A stretch of DNA of 39,979 nt from an uncultured Pseudomonadales bacterium (lineage in GTDB: Bacteria > Patescibacteriota > Microgenomatia > UBA1400 > PJMF01). Shown in pieces: positions 14,682 through 24,209 of this stretch. The stretch spans positions 1-39,979 of the forward strand of contig CAYREI010000005.1 of assembly GCA_964423285.1 (NCBI GenBank). Reading direction: 5' to 3'. Numbering within the stretch: position 1 is the stretch's first letter; the number at the start of each line of letters is the position of its first letter. A model generated the notes under the pieces. The model ran no database searches. It was not told the DNA's origin and was given only the letters and a program-made list of their open reading frames with translations. Both the position numbers and the translations under genes were made by a program.

Positions 14682-15182
14682 ATGAAGAAAAAAATAAGCC
14701 CATCACAAGCTCAAAAATATTTTAACCAAGCTATCGGTTTACCAATTTGGGAAATCGCTTATGTAGCTGATAGTATTTTCTTTTTTAAAATTGGGAAAAA
14801 GATAAAGACCACTATTCTCTCGGAAGATATGAAGTCTAAAGAACCATATAAAGATGGTGAATATGTGCTATATCTTGACGGTGATTGGCAATTTTTTGAA
14901 AAAAATAAAAATATTGTTTCTAGCAATCAATTAAAGATTGAAACAAACAAAAAATACTATGACAAAATGTATGCTTTAGAAAATTTATTAAAAAAAAATG
15001 TACTTAAAATTGTTTCAATCAAAATCTCGCAATTGAAAGCTAAGGTTGAATTTAACAATGAGTTACATTTTTTATTTCAAACTAATGAATTTGGAATGTT
15101 ATCAATTACATCATTTAATGACACGCTAATCTATTATGATGATACATCGCAAAGTTTCATAAAAGAAAAATGTAGGGGTTGA
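14682..15182 (+). CDS. Hypothetical protein (166 aa)
   Basis: ORF with TATAAT about 10 nt upstream. No domain recognised. The stop codon lies inside the bidirectional terminator stem. Confidence 0.55.
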   Translation: MKKKISPSQAQKYFNQAIGLPIWEIAYVADSIFFFKIGKKIKTTILSEDMKSKEPYKDGEYVLYLDGDWQFFEKNKNIVSSNQLKIETNKKYYDKMYALENLLKKNVLKIVSIKISQLKAKVEFNNELHFLFQTNEFGMLSITSFNDTLIYYDDTSQSFIKEKCRG

Positions 15183-15195
15183 GAGTACCCCTACA
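15171..15195. terminator. Bidirectional hairpin between convergent genes
   Basis: TGTAGGGGT (15171-15179), loop TGAGAGT, ACCCCTACA (15187-15195): a 9-bp perfect stem. On the minus strand it is followed by TTTTTCTTTT. Confidence 0.6.
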
Positions 15196-15216
15196 TTATG
15201 TTGATGAAGCTAAACT

Positions 15217-15441
15217 TTATTTGTAAGGATTTTGAGCGCTACGTGCCCATTCAGATGCGAGACGCTTTATCTCGCCGTAGGACATGTATTCCCTTTTATA
15301 CTTATCCATTTTGTGGAAGTATTTAGAGAACGCTTGTTTCTCACTAGCTGTAAGTCTTGCTCCTGCGCAGGCATTATTAAATTTTTTCTGCGCACTCTCA
15401 CGGTTTTCCCGACGATCACTTGAATGTTGTTTATTAGACAA
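15217..15441 (-). CDS. Hypothetical basic protein (74 aa)
   Basis: TTG start with a strong SD (AAAGGAGGTG) 5 nt upstream, an extended -10 further upstream and a terminator downstream. No domain recognised. Confidence 0.65.
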   Translation of the reverse strand: MSNKQHSSDRRENRESAQKKFNNACAGARLTASEKQAFSKYFHKMDKYKREYMSYGEIKRLASEWARSAQNPYK

Positions 15442-15486
15442 CTTTACACCTCCTTTTGGTGGGTAGTGAAACTGCTCGGTATTAAT

Positions 15487-15495
15487 ATTATATCA
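15487..15495 (-). promoter_or_regulatory. Extended -10 promoter element (TGATATAAT) for 15217-15441
   Basis: The reverse complement of 15487-15495 reads TGATATAAT, preceded by a second GATATC box 10 bp upstream. Confidence 0.5.
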
Positions 15496-15637
15496 AAAGA
15501 TATCAAATAATTAATCATTACCTGATTACTAAATTTTTTATTTTTAATAAAAAAATTAGTAATCACTAACTTTAATTGAACTTGGTATACTAAAATCAAC
15601 TCTGACAATAGAGTAATATATATTTTTAAAGGAATCT

Positions 15638-16285
15638 ATGACTGCCCCAGACCCCATTTCTAAACCAACCCCACAGGACGATAATTCTTATGTAGATAGT
15701 TATCGACCTCCAGCTAAAGATACTACTCCGATCACTCCAGTTGCGCCAGTAATTCCAACTCCTCCAGTTACTCCAGCTGCACCAGTAACTCCAACTCCTC
15801 CGGTTGTACCAATCACATCAGCTCCTCCAGTGGCTCCAGCCTCAACTAAAGAGTCTGGGTCGTTGCAAGATCAAAATATTTTTTATCTTTTAGGTGTAGA
15901 TGATGGCACTGATGAGGAAAAAGAGTCATTTTTAGATGAGCTTCAACAAGTAATCTGGGAAGATTTTATTGAAAGTGATGTTAAAGCATTAATTTCAGAG
16001 GAAGAGATGACCCAATTGCGTCAAATAATGGCTAAAGGTGATGGTCAGGATGTTCAAGAAGAGATGGTGGTCTATTTAGAAAAATTAATTCCTGATTTAG
16101 AAGATATCATGATGGAAAAAGCTTTAGAGCTTAAAGAAGAGATGATGTGGGAGCGTATTAATGGCATGCGTGAATACTATTCGGGTAAGCCAGAATTCTT
16201 AGCCAAATTAGATGAAGCTGAACAATTAGTTAAAAAAGACCATTGGCATCAAGCCATCGAGATATTAAACGCCATCGGTCAATAA
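15638..16285 (+). CDS. Hypothetical protein with a Pro/Thr/Val-rich N-terminal region and an acidic helical C-terminal domain
   Basis: 215-aa ORF containing a PVTP-type repeat. It lies upstream of the mreB-like gene. Confidence 0.65.
   Translation: MTAPDPISKPTPQDDNSYVDSYRPPAKDTTPITPVAPVIPTPPVTPAAPVTPTPPVVPITSAPPVAPASTKESGSLQDQNIFYLLGVDDGTDEEKESFLDELQQVIWEDFIESDVKALISEEEMTQLRQIMAKGDGQDVQEEMVVYLEKLIPDLEDIMMEKALELKEEMMWERINGMREYYSGKPEFLAKLDEAEQLVKKDHWHQAIEILNAIGQ
15734..15805 (+). repeat. 2 x 36-bp in-frame tandem duplication
   Basis: ACTCCAGTTGCGCCAGTAATTCCAACTCCTCCAGTT followed by ACTCCAGCTGCACCAGTAACTCCAACTCCTCCGGTT, encoding TPVAPVIPTPPV / TPAAPVTPTPPV. Confidence 0.85.
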
Positions 16286-16319
16286 TATTTTTTATTTCCT
16301 TTATGTTAAACTGACTACC

Positions 16320-17342
16320 ATGAGTCGGTTTAATAGATTAATAGCTAATACCAATTTGTTAATTCGTCAGTTTAAGACTAATTTAAGTTTAGATTTTGGT
16401 TCAAGTATGACGCGAATAATGGTTGATCATAAGTTAGTTTGGAATCAACCTACTTTATTGGCTTGGCACGATCGTTTGCAGGCGGTGGTAGCAATCGGTG
16501 AGCAGGCAGCGGCATTGCGCGGAAAGACACCGGTTTATATTGAGTTAATTGCTCCTATTCAAAAAGGAGTAGTCGCTGAATTAGATTACGCTGAGTATTA
16601 TTTAAAGACAGTTTTAACTCAACTTCGTGAGCAGAAAAAAATTTCTACTTGGATGATGGGCAATTGTAGAGTGGCTTTACCCACCGATGCTTCACCACTA
16701 GAAAAAGATCAATTACGTCAAGTTTTAGATCGAGTTGGATTAAAAGTCAAAAAAGCAGTGAGCAAAGCTGAAGCAGTAGTGTCTTTGACTCCTTTTAAAA
16801 AAATTACTCAAAGTCACGGCATAATTAATTTTGGAGCTGAGACCGTAGATATGGGTATATTTATTGGCTCACAGTTATTTAAAGGAGTTACTTTAAATAG
16901 TACTGCTGGAAATAATTTTACTCAAGCTATTATTAATCAAGTTTTAATTAAATATCAACTTCAAATTGGTTGGAGAGCAGCGCAGCAGATTAAATATCAA
17001 TTAGCTGGAAAACTAAATTTTAGCACTGAAAATTCTTCAGTGATGACTGTTAGGGGGAAAGATGCTCAAACTCAGTTGGTAAAAGTAGCTAGGGTCGAGG
17101 TTAAAAGTTTTCAGACTCAGTTTTATAGTTTAGCCAAAACTCTTTTATCAGAGTTAAAAGCCATAATTAATGAATTGCCACCAGAAATAGTTACTCAATT
17201 AGAAGAACAAGGATTTTATTTGACTGGGGGTGAAAGCCAGCTGTTAGATTGGCAAATATTGATTAAAGAATTTTGGCAAATGCCAGCAATTATTTCTTCC
17301 ACCCCTCAATTAGACGTAGTAAAGGGATTAACTGATGTTTAA
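16320..17342 (+). CDS. mreB: MreB-like actin-fold protein (divergent)
   Basis: Its length and its position ahead of mreC, mreD and PBP2 fit MreB. Overall MreB-like landmarks are present (LSLDFGSSMTRI, IAPIQKGVVAE, LTGGESQLL), but the nucleotide-binding motifs are degenerate. Confidence 0.7.
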   Translation: MSRFNRLIANTNLLIRQFKTNLSLDFGSSMTRIMVDHKLVWNQPTLLAWHDRLQAVVAIGEQAAALRGKTPVYIELIAPIQKGVVAELDYAEYYLKTVLTQLREQKKISTWMMGNCRVALPTDASPLEKDQLRQVLDRVGLKVKKAVSKAEAVVSLTPFKKITQSHGIINFGAETVDMGIFIGSQLFKGVTLNSTAGNNFTQAIINQVLIKYQLQIGWRAAQQIKYQLAGKLNFSTENSSVMTVRGKDAQTQLVKVARVEVKSFQTQFYSLAKTLLSELKAIINELPPEIVTQLEEQGFYLTGGESQLLDWQILIKEFWQMPAIISSTPQLDVVKGLTDV

Positions 17343-18108
17343 TAATTATCAAAAGCTGTGGTTTGAGTTAGGGATAATCACAATTATTTTTATGGTGGCT
17401 GTTTTAGGTGAATGGTTGAGATTAGTACAGCCAGCGACATCATTTTTTGAACACATGCTCCAACCAGCAATAGTTAAAACTAGTGGACTGATGATCAATA
17501 GTAATCAGCCTTTTATTTTATTTAAAAAAAGTTTTAATTCAGCTCGACGAGTGCAGGAATTGGAGCAAGAATACAGTCAATCTTTAGCTAAAATTTCAGA
17601 AGTAGAATATTTAGAACAGGAGAATCAAGAACTACGACGACTTCTTCATGCTCAGGAGAAAACGACTTTGCCGGTGATTGTTGCGCCGGTGATTTCGTAT
17701 GGTCAGCCCAGCATTAGTGCTGGACAAACTGATGGAGTGAAGATTGGTCAGCCGGTATTGGTCGCTGAGATGTTGGTGGGATTAATTAAATCTACTAGTA
17801 CTCATCAATCAACGGTTGATTTATTGTTTCAAAACACCACTTCACCTATCTTGGTTAAAACAGAGAGCGGGGTGGAAGGATTAGTAATGGGAAATGGTAG
17901 AGATATTTTATTAACGGAAATACCTAAGGAGGCCGAGATTTCAATTGATGAATTAATTGTTACGGTTGGTCAAAAACAGATTCGACCTCAGCTGGTTATT
18001 GGCAGAATCCAACAATTAATTGATCAACCATCTTCTCCAATCAGACAGGCTATTATTCATCAAGAAATATCTTTTTATGAGGCTTTAATTGTGGAGGTGT
18101 TGCCATGA
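17335..18108 (+). CDS. mreC: Rod shape-determining protein MreC
   Basis: N-terminal TM helix, a coiled-coil (ELEQEYSQSLAKISEVEYLEQENQELRRLL), then a beta-rich domain. It overlaps mreB by 8 nt and mreD by 4 nt. Confidence 0.75.
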   Translation: MFNNYQKLWFELGIITIIFMVAVLGEWLRLVQPATSFFEHMLQPAIVKTSGLMINSNQPFILFKKSFNSARRVQELEQEYSQSLAKISEVEYLEQENQELRRLLHAQEKTTLPVIVAPVISYGQPSISAGQTDGVKIGQPVLVAEMLVGLIKSTSTHQSTVDLLFQNTTSPILVKTESGVEGLVMGNGRDILLTEIPKEAEISIDELIVTVGQKQIRPQLVIGRIQQLIDQPSSPIRQAIIHQEISFYEALIVEVLP

Positions 18109-18524
18109 TTAATTTAGGTAGATGGTTAATTAAATTGGCGTTAATTGTATTAGTGAGTTTGTTTGAAAGAGTCATGGGTTTTCCGGTAGTAGTAATGATG
18201 CTAACTAGTTTATATGCGGCACGTTTAGATCAAGGATGGCGTTGGGGCTTACTTTTAGCAGTTGGAGTATTGACCTCAACTCTATTTATGACGCCACTTT
18301 CTATAACTTGGCTAGTGATAGGTTTAAATTATATTTGGGCTAAACACGCTCAACAGTTATTGCCCAGTAGAGTTATGAGATTAATTATAGGAAGTTTAGT
18401 TGGTTCAGTGGTGTTAGTTATTTTTAGCTATGGTCAAATTTATTTAAGACAATTGGTTTATGGATTAATCGCGATTTTCATCTGTATAATTTGGTTCAAA
18501 CGATATCGATTTCATTTAAAATGA
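18105..18524 (+). CDS. mreD: Probable MreD (small polytopic membrane protein)
   Basis: 139 aa with 4-5 TM helices, located between mreC and the PBP2 gene. The call rests on position and topology. Confidence 0.55.
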   Translation: MINLGRWLIKLALIVLVSLFERVMGFPVVVMMLTSLYAARLDQGWRWGLLLAVGVLTSTLFMTPLSITWLVIGLNYIWAKHAQQLLPSRVMRLIIGSLVGSVVLVIFSYGQIYLRQLVYGLIAIFICIIWFKRYRFHLK

Positions 18525-20317
18525 GACACATAAATTATTATCATCATTTTTTTTCGGCTAGGGCTGGATGTTTAATTTTGGGAATAGCGCTCTTTTTTTT
18601 TATAATTATTGTTCGATTAGTGGATATTCAATTATTTAACGGCCAATACTTTTCAGATTTAGCCAATGATAATCGTTATTTTACAATTCAACTCCCCGCT
18701 GAAAGAGGAGTTTTTTTTGATCGCTATCAACAGCCATTAGTATTGAATAAGCGTATTTATTTAAAAACTGATGATGTAGCTGCATTGCATCCACCAACCA
18801 CTTCTGTGTCTAGAGAAGAGGCCTTACAATTATTAGCGACCAACAGTGCTCAAATTAGATATGGTTTAGAGAGATATTATCGTTTTCCTCAATCAACAGC
18901 TCATGTATTAGGCTATATAGGTCCAGTAAGCAAAGAGGATTTAATAGGAGATGGATCTTTAAAAGTTAGTGATATTATTGGCAAAATTGGGCTAGAAAAA
19001 ACTTTTGATCAGCAATTGAGAGGACAAGCCGGATCAGAGGTTTATGAAATTGATGCTTTAGGTAGGCGCCAGCGATTGATTTCTAAAAAGGCTGGCCAAT
19101 CTGGACAAAATATTTTTACTTCTCTTGATCCTTATTTATCTGAAGTAGCACTTAAATCTTTAGCAAAACAGGTTGGGGCAGTGGTGATAATGGATGCAGG
19201 CAACGGCGAAATTTTGTCTTTAGTAAGTAGCCCAAGTTTTGATGCTAATATTCTTAGTACTCGATTGGCTGATGTGATTTTAGAAAAACAACGCCAACAA
19301 CAACTTCAAATTTTACTAAATGATCCTTTAAAGATATTCTTTAATCGTAGCTTAAGCGGGACTTATCCTCCCGGATCAGTTTTTAAATTAGTTACTGCTC
19401 TGGGTGGGTTAGAAGAAGCAGCAATTGATGCCCAAACTACAGTTTTAGACGAGGGTATTCTTAAGGTAGGCGAATATGAATATACCAACTGGTATTACAC
19501 TCAATTTGGTAGAACAGAAGGTGAAATTAGCTTGCGAAGAGCTCTAGCAAGAAGCAATGATATCTTTTTTTACAAAGTTGCAGAGTGGTTAGGCCCAAAT
19601 AAGTTAGCTGAATTCGCTCGATTGTTAGGATTTGGTCAAGTTACCGGGGTTGAGTTGTCCAATGAAGCGACTGGAATAGTTCCTGATCCAGCTTGGAAAG
19701 AGAGAGTAATTGGTGAGCCTTGGTATTTAGGTAATACTTATCATATGGGGATTGGTCAAGGAGATATCACGGTTACCCCACTTCAAATTGCTCAAATGAC
19801 TCAGACAATTGTTAATCATGGTACTCTTTGTCAGCCCACCCTACTTAAAAGCGATCATGGCGATTGTAGTGAGTTGGGGATAGCTGATGATGATTTGGAG
19901 TTGGTTCTTTTAGGCATGCTAGATGTTTGTTCTACTGGTGGCACAGCTTATCCATTTTTTTCTCATAACGAATCTTATCGAGCAGAGAACATGAGTTCAC
20001 AGCAACAGATCAAAAATGGTGCTATAGCGTGTAAAACCGGCACATCTGAGTTTGGTGGAATAGATGAGAAAGGATATAGAAAAACTCATGGCTGGTTGAC
20101 AACTATCATGGGTACTGCTGATATCAAAAAATTAGTAAATGAGGGCGGAGAATCTAATCATGAAATTTGGTTAGAGCAGATAAATAAAGCTGGTTTTCCT
20201 GAGAAAATAGTTATTACAGCATTGATTGAAAGCGATGAGAACAATCCTTATAAAGAGGGATCTGATGACGCTGGTCCAGCGGTGAAGGAAATAGTGGACT
20301 GGATGTACGGGAAGTAG
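18521..20317 (+). CDS. mrdA: Penicillin-binding protein 2 (class B transpeptidase)
   Basis: SxxK (PGSVFK), SxN (SRSND) and KTGT motifs, with an N-terminal TM anchor. I prefer ATG 18521, which forms an ATGA overlap with the mreD stop, over the TTG at 18491 in the ORF track. Confidence 0.9.
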   Translation: MRHINYYHHFFSARAGCLILGIALFFFIIIVRLVDIQLFNGQYFSDLANDNRYFTIQLPAERGVFFDRYQQPLVLNKRIYLKTDDVAALHPPTTSVSREEALQLLATNSAQIRYGLERYYRFPQSTAHVLGYIGPVSKEDLIGDGSLKVSDIIGKIGLEKTFDQQLRGQAGSEVYEIDALGRRQRLISKKAGQSGQNIFTSLDPYLSEVALKSLAKQVGAVVIMDAGNGEILSLVSSPSFDANILSTRLADVILEKQRQQQLQILLNDPLKIFFNRSLSGTYPPGSVFKLVTALGGLEEAAIDAQTTVLDEGILKVGEYEYTNWYYTQFGRTEGEISLRRALARSNDIFFYKVAEWLGPNKLAEFARLLGFGQVTGVELSNEATGIVPDPAWKERVIGEPWYLGNTYHMGIGQGDITVTPLQIAQMTQTIVNHGTLCQPTLLKSDHGDCSELGIADDDLELVLLGMLDVCSTGGTAYPFFSHNESYRAENMSSQQQIKNGAIACKTGTSEFGGIDEKGYRKTHGWLTTIMGTADIKKLVNEGGESNHEIWLEQINKAGFPEKIVITALIESDENNPYKEGSDDAGPAVKEIVDWMYGK

Positions 20318-20358
20318 TTATTACACCTGGTGAAATCTAAGTTTATTAAACTCATTTT

Positions 20359-21504
20359 ATGAGTATTTCTCTTAATGAAAGACAGTTGCTTTTGGTAGCA
20401 ATTTTAGCTGTGGAGGGGATCGGGCGGAAGAGTCTAAGAAGAGTTTTGCAACAACTTAAAGAGTTAAATGTTTCACTAGAAGAGTTTTGGCAACAAAAAC
20501 CTGCTCAAATTTGGGAACTATGTGGTTTAAATGGTAAACAACAGCAAGGTTTGAGAAATTTTAAAAAGCGTTTTACACCCAAAAACTATTTCGGGTGGTT
20601 GAATAAACAGAATATCACTGTCATTACTAACGAAGATAAAAGGTACCCTAAATTATTAAAAAGAATTGATGATAAGCCATTAGTATTATATATAAAAGGG
20701 AGTATTTCGGGTGTTAATCAACGACCGATTGCAGTAGTAGGCACTAGAAAAATTTCGGGTTATGGTCGGACAGTTTGCGAGCAATTAGTGTCAGAGCTAG
20801 TGAGTTCTCAGGCTACTATTGTGTCCGGATTTATGCACGGAGTTGATACTTGGGCACACCGGCAAGCGATAAATCAAGGTGGCTATACAGTTGGGGTATT
20901 AGGTTATGGTTTTGATCATCTTTACCCAGTTAGTAATAGAAAATTTTTTGATGAAATGCTAGCCCAAGGTAATGGTTTTATTACCGAGTATCCACCTTGG
21001 GTTGGAGCTCATCGAGGAAATTTTCCAGAGAGAAACAGAATTGTGGCTGGAATGTCATTGGCTACTCTAGTAATTGAAGCTGGCAAAAAAAGTGGGAGCC
21101 ATATTACCGCAACCTTTGCTGGAGAGTATGGTCGAGGAATATGTGCAGTCCCTGGTCCGATTACCAATCCATACAGCGAAGGAACTAAATGGTTAATAAA
21201 TCAAGGAGCAAGATTAGTGACTTCAGCCAGGGAAGTGCTAGAAGAAGCCGGGGTCTATGGGGCTGATTGGAGTAAATTGATTCCAGATAAAACTAATATT
21301 AGTCAACCAAGTTTTAGCGACGAACTTCAACAGAAGGTTTATCAACAACTCTTAAATCAACCACTCCCGACCGATGAACTAGCCAAACAACTTGAGCTAT
21401 CAATTCCAAATTTGAATACAGCTTTATCATTATTAGAATTAGAGGGGTATTTACACAAACAAAATAACACTTGGTTTGTTAAAAATGCTGATAGTGTACA
21501 ATAA
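20359..21504 (+). CDS. dprA: DNA-processing protein DprA
   Basis: N-terminal SAM-like region, a Rossmann core (VVGTRKISGYG..., SGFMHGVDTWAH, RNRIVAG) and a C-terminal winged-helix. Confidence 0.9.
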   Translation: MSISLNERQLLLVAILAVEGIGRKSLRRVLQQLKELNVSLEEFWQQKPAQIWELCGLNGKQQQGLRNFKKRFTPKNYFGWLNKQNITVITNEDKRYPKLLKRIDDKPLVLYIKGSISGVNQRPIAVVGTRKISGYGRTVCEQLVSELVSSQATIVSGFMHGVDTWAHRQAINQGGYTVGVLGYGFDHLYPVSNRKFFDEMLAQGNGFITEYPPWVGAHRGNFPERNRIVAGMSLATLVIEAGKKSGSHITATFAGEYGRGICAVPGPITNPYSEGTKWLINQGARLVTSAREVLEEAGVYGADWSKLIPDKTNISQPSFSDELQQKVYQQLLNQPLPTDELAKQLELSIPNLNTALSLLELEGYLHKQNNTWFVKNADSVQ

Positions 21505-21510
21505 ACGATT

Positions 21511-23646
21511 ATGAACCTAGTCGTTGTAGAATCTCCTGCAAAAGCCAGAAAGCTATCAGGTTTCCTGGGTAAAGATTTTCAAGTTGAAGCTTCAGTTGGT
21601 CATATCCGTGATTTACCTAAGAAACTAGGCGTGGATGTAGAAAATAATTTTGAACCTACTTATGAAATAGTAGCAGGTAAGAAAAAAATTGTTTCTACTC
21701 TCAAAAAAGCTGCCAAATCAGCCAGTAAAATTTACTTAGCCATGGACCCTGATCGTGAAGGAGAGGCTATTGCTTGGCATGTTAAGTACTTAATTGAAAA
21801 TGGTAAACCCAATAAGAAACAGCAATTTTTACGTGCTACTTTTCATGAGATTACTAAAACTGCGGTTTTGAAAGCCATAGAAAATCCGGGTGAAATTGCC
21901 CTAGACTTAGTTGACGCACAACAAGCGAGGCGAATTTTAGATCGACTAGTAGGTTATAAAATATCTCCAGTTCTATGGCGTAAAATCAGACGAGGATTAT
22001 CAGCGGGTAGAGTTCAATCTCCAGCACTGCGTTTAATTGTAGAGCGTGAAAAAGAGATCGAGGCTTTTAAACCAAAAGAGTACTGGGAAGTTGATGTAGC
22101 TTTAAGTGTTGAGGATAAAAAAGCAGCTTCGTTGTTTGAAGAAGGTAAATTACCTGTGGATTTACCCGTCGATTTGTTAATAGGTCGAGTGGTGGAGCTA
22201 GATGGTGGTAAATATGAACCAACTAGTGAAAAAGATGTCGCTGGTGTAGTGTCTACTTTGAAGATTTCTAAATATCAAATTAAAGAAGTAGAAAAAAAAG
22301 AGCGTCGTCGTTCGAGTCTGCCACCTTTTACTACTTCTACTCTGCAGCAGCAAGCAGCCCATCGCTTGGGTTTTACCAGTAAGCAAACCATGCGTTTGGC
22401 TCAACATCTCTATGAAGAAGGTTTAATTACTTATCACCGCACAGATTCAAACAATTTATCTCAAGCAGCTATTACCATGGCTAGGGATTATATTGGCGAT
22501 GAATATGGGGCTAAATACGTGCCTGAAAAACCAAGAGTATTTGTTAATAAATCAAAGAATGCTCAAGAAGCTCATGAAGCGATTCGAGTGACTAAAATTA
22601 AAATTACAGCTGATCAAGTTCAAGCCAAAAGCACCAAGTTTACTGCTCGTCATCAAAGACTTTATGATTTGATCTGGCGTCGATTTGTAGCCAGTCAAAT
22701 GACTAAGGCCATTTATGACCAAACTAAAATTATGATTGAGGCCACGGTTAAAGAGAAGAAAGGTTATAAAAAAGCCATACTGAAATCTAATGGATCAATA
22801 CTAAGATTTGATGGTTGGATGAAGCTATTTCCCAGTGGTAATGATGCTATTTTGCCAGATGTAAAAGAAAAACAAGATTTATACTATCAAGATTTGTTTG
22901 CTGCACAGAAATTTACTCAACCTCCAGCACGTTACAACGATGCTTCATTAGTTAAAGAATTAGAAAAATTGGGCATAGGCAGACCGAGTACTTACGCCAG
23001 TATTATTTCGGTTTTGGAAGACCGAAGCTACGTGGATCGTGAAGATAAAAAGTTTAAGCCAACTGCTATTGGAATTACAGTTAGTGATTTCTTGGTGAAA
23101 AATTTTGCCAATGTTGTAGATTATGATTTCACCGCTGAGCTAGAAGAAGATTTAGATCGGATTGCACGGGGAGAAAAAGAGTGGCGTAAGGTATTGGGAG
23201 TATTTTATAAACCTTTTGAAAAAAATATTGCAGACGTTTTAGAAAATGCCAAGCGTACCCAGATTCCAGTAGAAAAATTAAATAAACCATGTCCTGAGTG
23301 TGGTAAAAAAGAGGGGGGCGAGTTGGTAATTAGAACTGGACGTTTTGGTAAATTTATTAGTTGTAGTCGATTTCCAGATTGTAAATACACAGATAATTTT
23401 GAGGTAAAAGTTGACGGAGTCAGTTGCCCATTATGTCAAAAAGGTGAGGTAGTAGTTAAACGTAGTCGTCGTGGAGCTACTTTTTATGGTTGTTCTAATT
23501 ATCCAAACTGCGATTGGGCTAGCTGGAAGCAGCCTAAAAAAGGTGACACCCTAACCAAGGAAGAGTGGGCGGAGATGCAAGCGGCTCGTAAAGCTAGAAT
23601 GGATAAACGTAAGAAAAGCAAAGACAAGTCTAAAAAAAACAAATGA
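21511..23646 (+). CDS. topA: DNA topoisomerase I
   Basis: TOPRIM start (LVVVESPAKA), active-site region (ITYHRTDS), C-terminal CxxC zinc ribbons (CPECG, CPLCQ) and a Lys-rich tail. Confidence 0.97.
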   Translation: MNLVVVESPAKARKLSGFLGKDFQVEASVGHIRDLPKKLGVDVENNFEPTYEIVAGKKKIVSTLKKAAKSASKIYLAMDPDREGEAIAWHVKYLIENGKPNKKQQFLRATFHEITKTAVLKAIENPGEIALDLVDAQQARRILDRLVGYKISPVLWRKIRRGLSAGRVQSPALRLIVEREKEIEAFKPKEYWEVDVALSVEDKKAASLFEEGKLPVDLPVDLLIGRVVELDGGKYEPTSEKDVAGVVSTLKISKYQIKEVEKKERRRSSLPPFTTSTLQQQAAHRLGFTSKQTMRLAQHLYEEGLITYHRTDSNNLSQAAITMARDYIGDEYGAKYVPEKPRVFVNKSKNAQEAHEAIRVTKIKITADQVQAKSTKFTARHQRLYDLIWRRFVASQMTKAIYDQTKIMIEATVKEKKGYKKAILKSNGSILRFDGWMKLFPSGNDAILPDVKEKQDLYYQDLFAAQKFTQPPARYNDASLVKELEKLGIGRPSTYASIISVLEDRSYVDREDKKFKPTAIGITVSDFLVKNFANVVDYDFTAELEEDLDRIARGEKEWRKVLGVFYKPFEKNIADVLENAKRTQIPVEKLNKPCPECGKKEGGELVIRTGRFGKFISCSRFPDCKYTDNFEVKVDGVSCPLCQKGEVVVKRSRRGATFYGCSNYPNCDWASWKQPKKGDTLTKEEWAEMQAARKARMDKRKKSKDKSKKNK

Positions 23647-24203
23647 AAGTTGCACTTTTTGGCGGGGCTTTTGATCCACCACACTTAGGTCACCAACGCA
23701 TTGTTGAGGAGATGATTACTCATTCTATTGTTGATGAGGTTTGGTATGTGCCAGTTTATAAACATCCTTGGGAGGATCGATTGGAAAAGTGGCAGATGGC
23801 TACCTATGAGCATCGTAAGAAAATGGTGGAATTGATTTTGTCACCTAAAACTCATCTTTATGAATATCAAGATGTGAGCTTTACTTATCCCACCTTATTA
23901 CAGTTTGCTCATAATTATCCAGAACATGATTTTTCTTGGATTATTGGTGCTGATAATTTGTCTACATTTGCTGATTGGGGTCATTATCAAAAAATTATTG
24001 ATGAGTTTGGAGTTCATGTCTATCCTAGAGAGGGATTTGAGTTAAAAACTGATCTACAAGGGATGAATTTATTAACCGATTTTCCCAAAGTAGTAGCTTC
24101 ATCAATCATGGTTAAGAAAAAAATAAAAGCTGGTGAATCAATTTCGCAGCTTGTTGATTCGAAAGTAGAGCGATATATTTCTGATAATAAACTTTATCAA
24201 TAG
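23643..24203 (+). CDS. nadD: Nicotinate-nucleotide adenylyltransferase
   Basis: GGAFDPPHLGH (HxGH motif), 186 aa, and an ATGA overlap with the topA stop. Confidence 0.9.
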   Translation: MKVALFGGAFDPPHLGHQRIVEEMITHSIVDEVWYVPVYKHPWEDRLEKWQMATYEHRKKMVELILSPKTHLYEYQDVSFTYPTLLQFAHNYPEHDFSWIIGADNLSTFADWGHYQKIIDEFGVHVYPREGFELKTDLQGMNLLTDFPKVVASSIMVKKKIKAGESISQLVDSKVERYISDNKLYQ

Positions 24204-24209
24204 CAAAAA

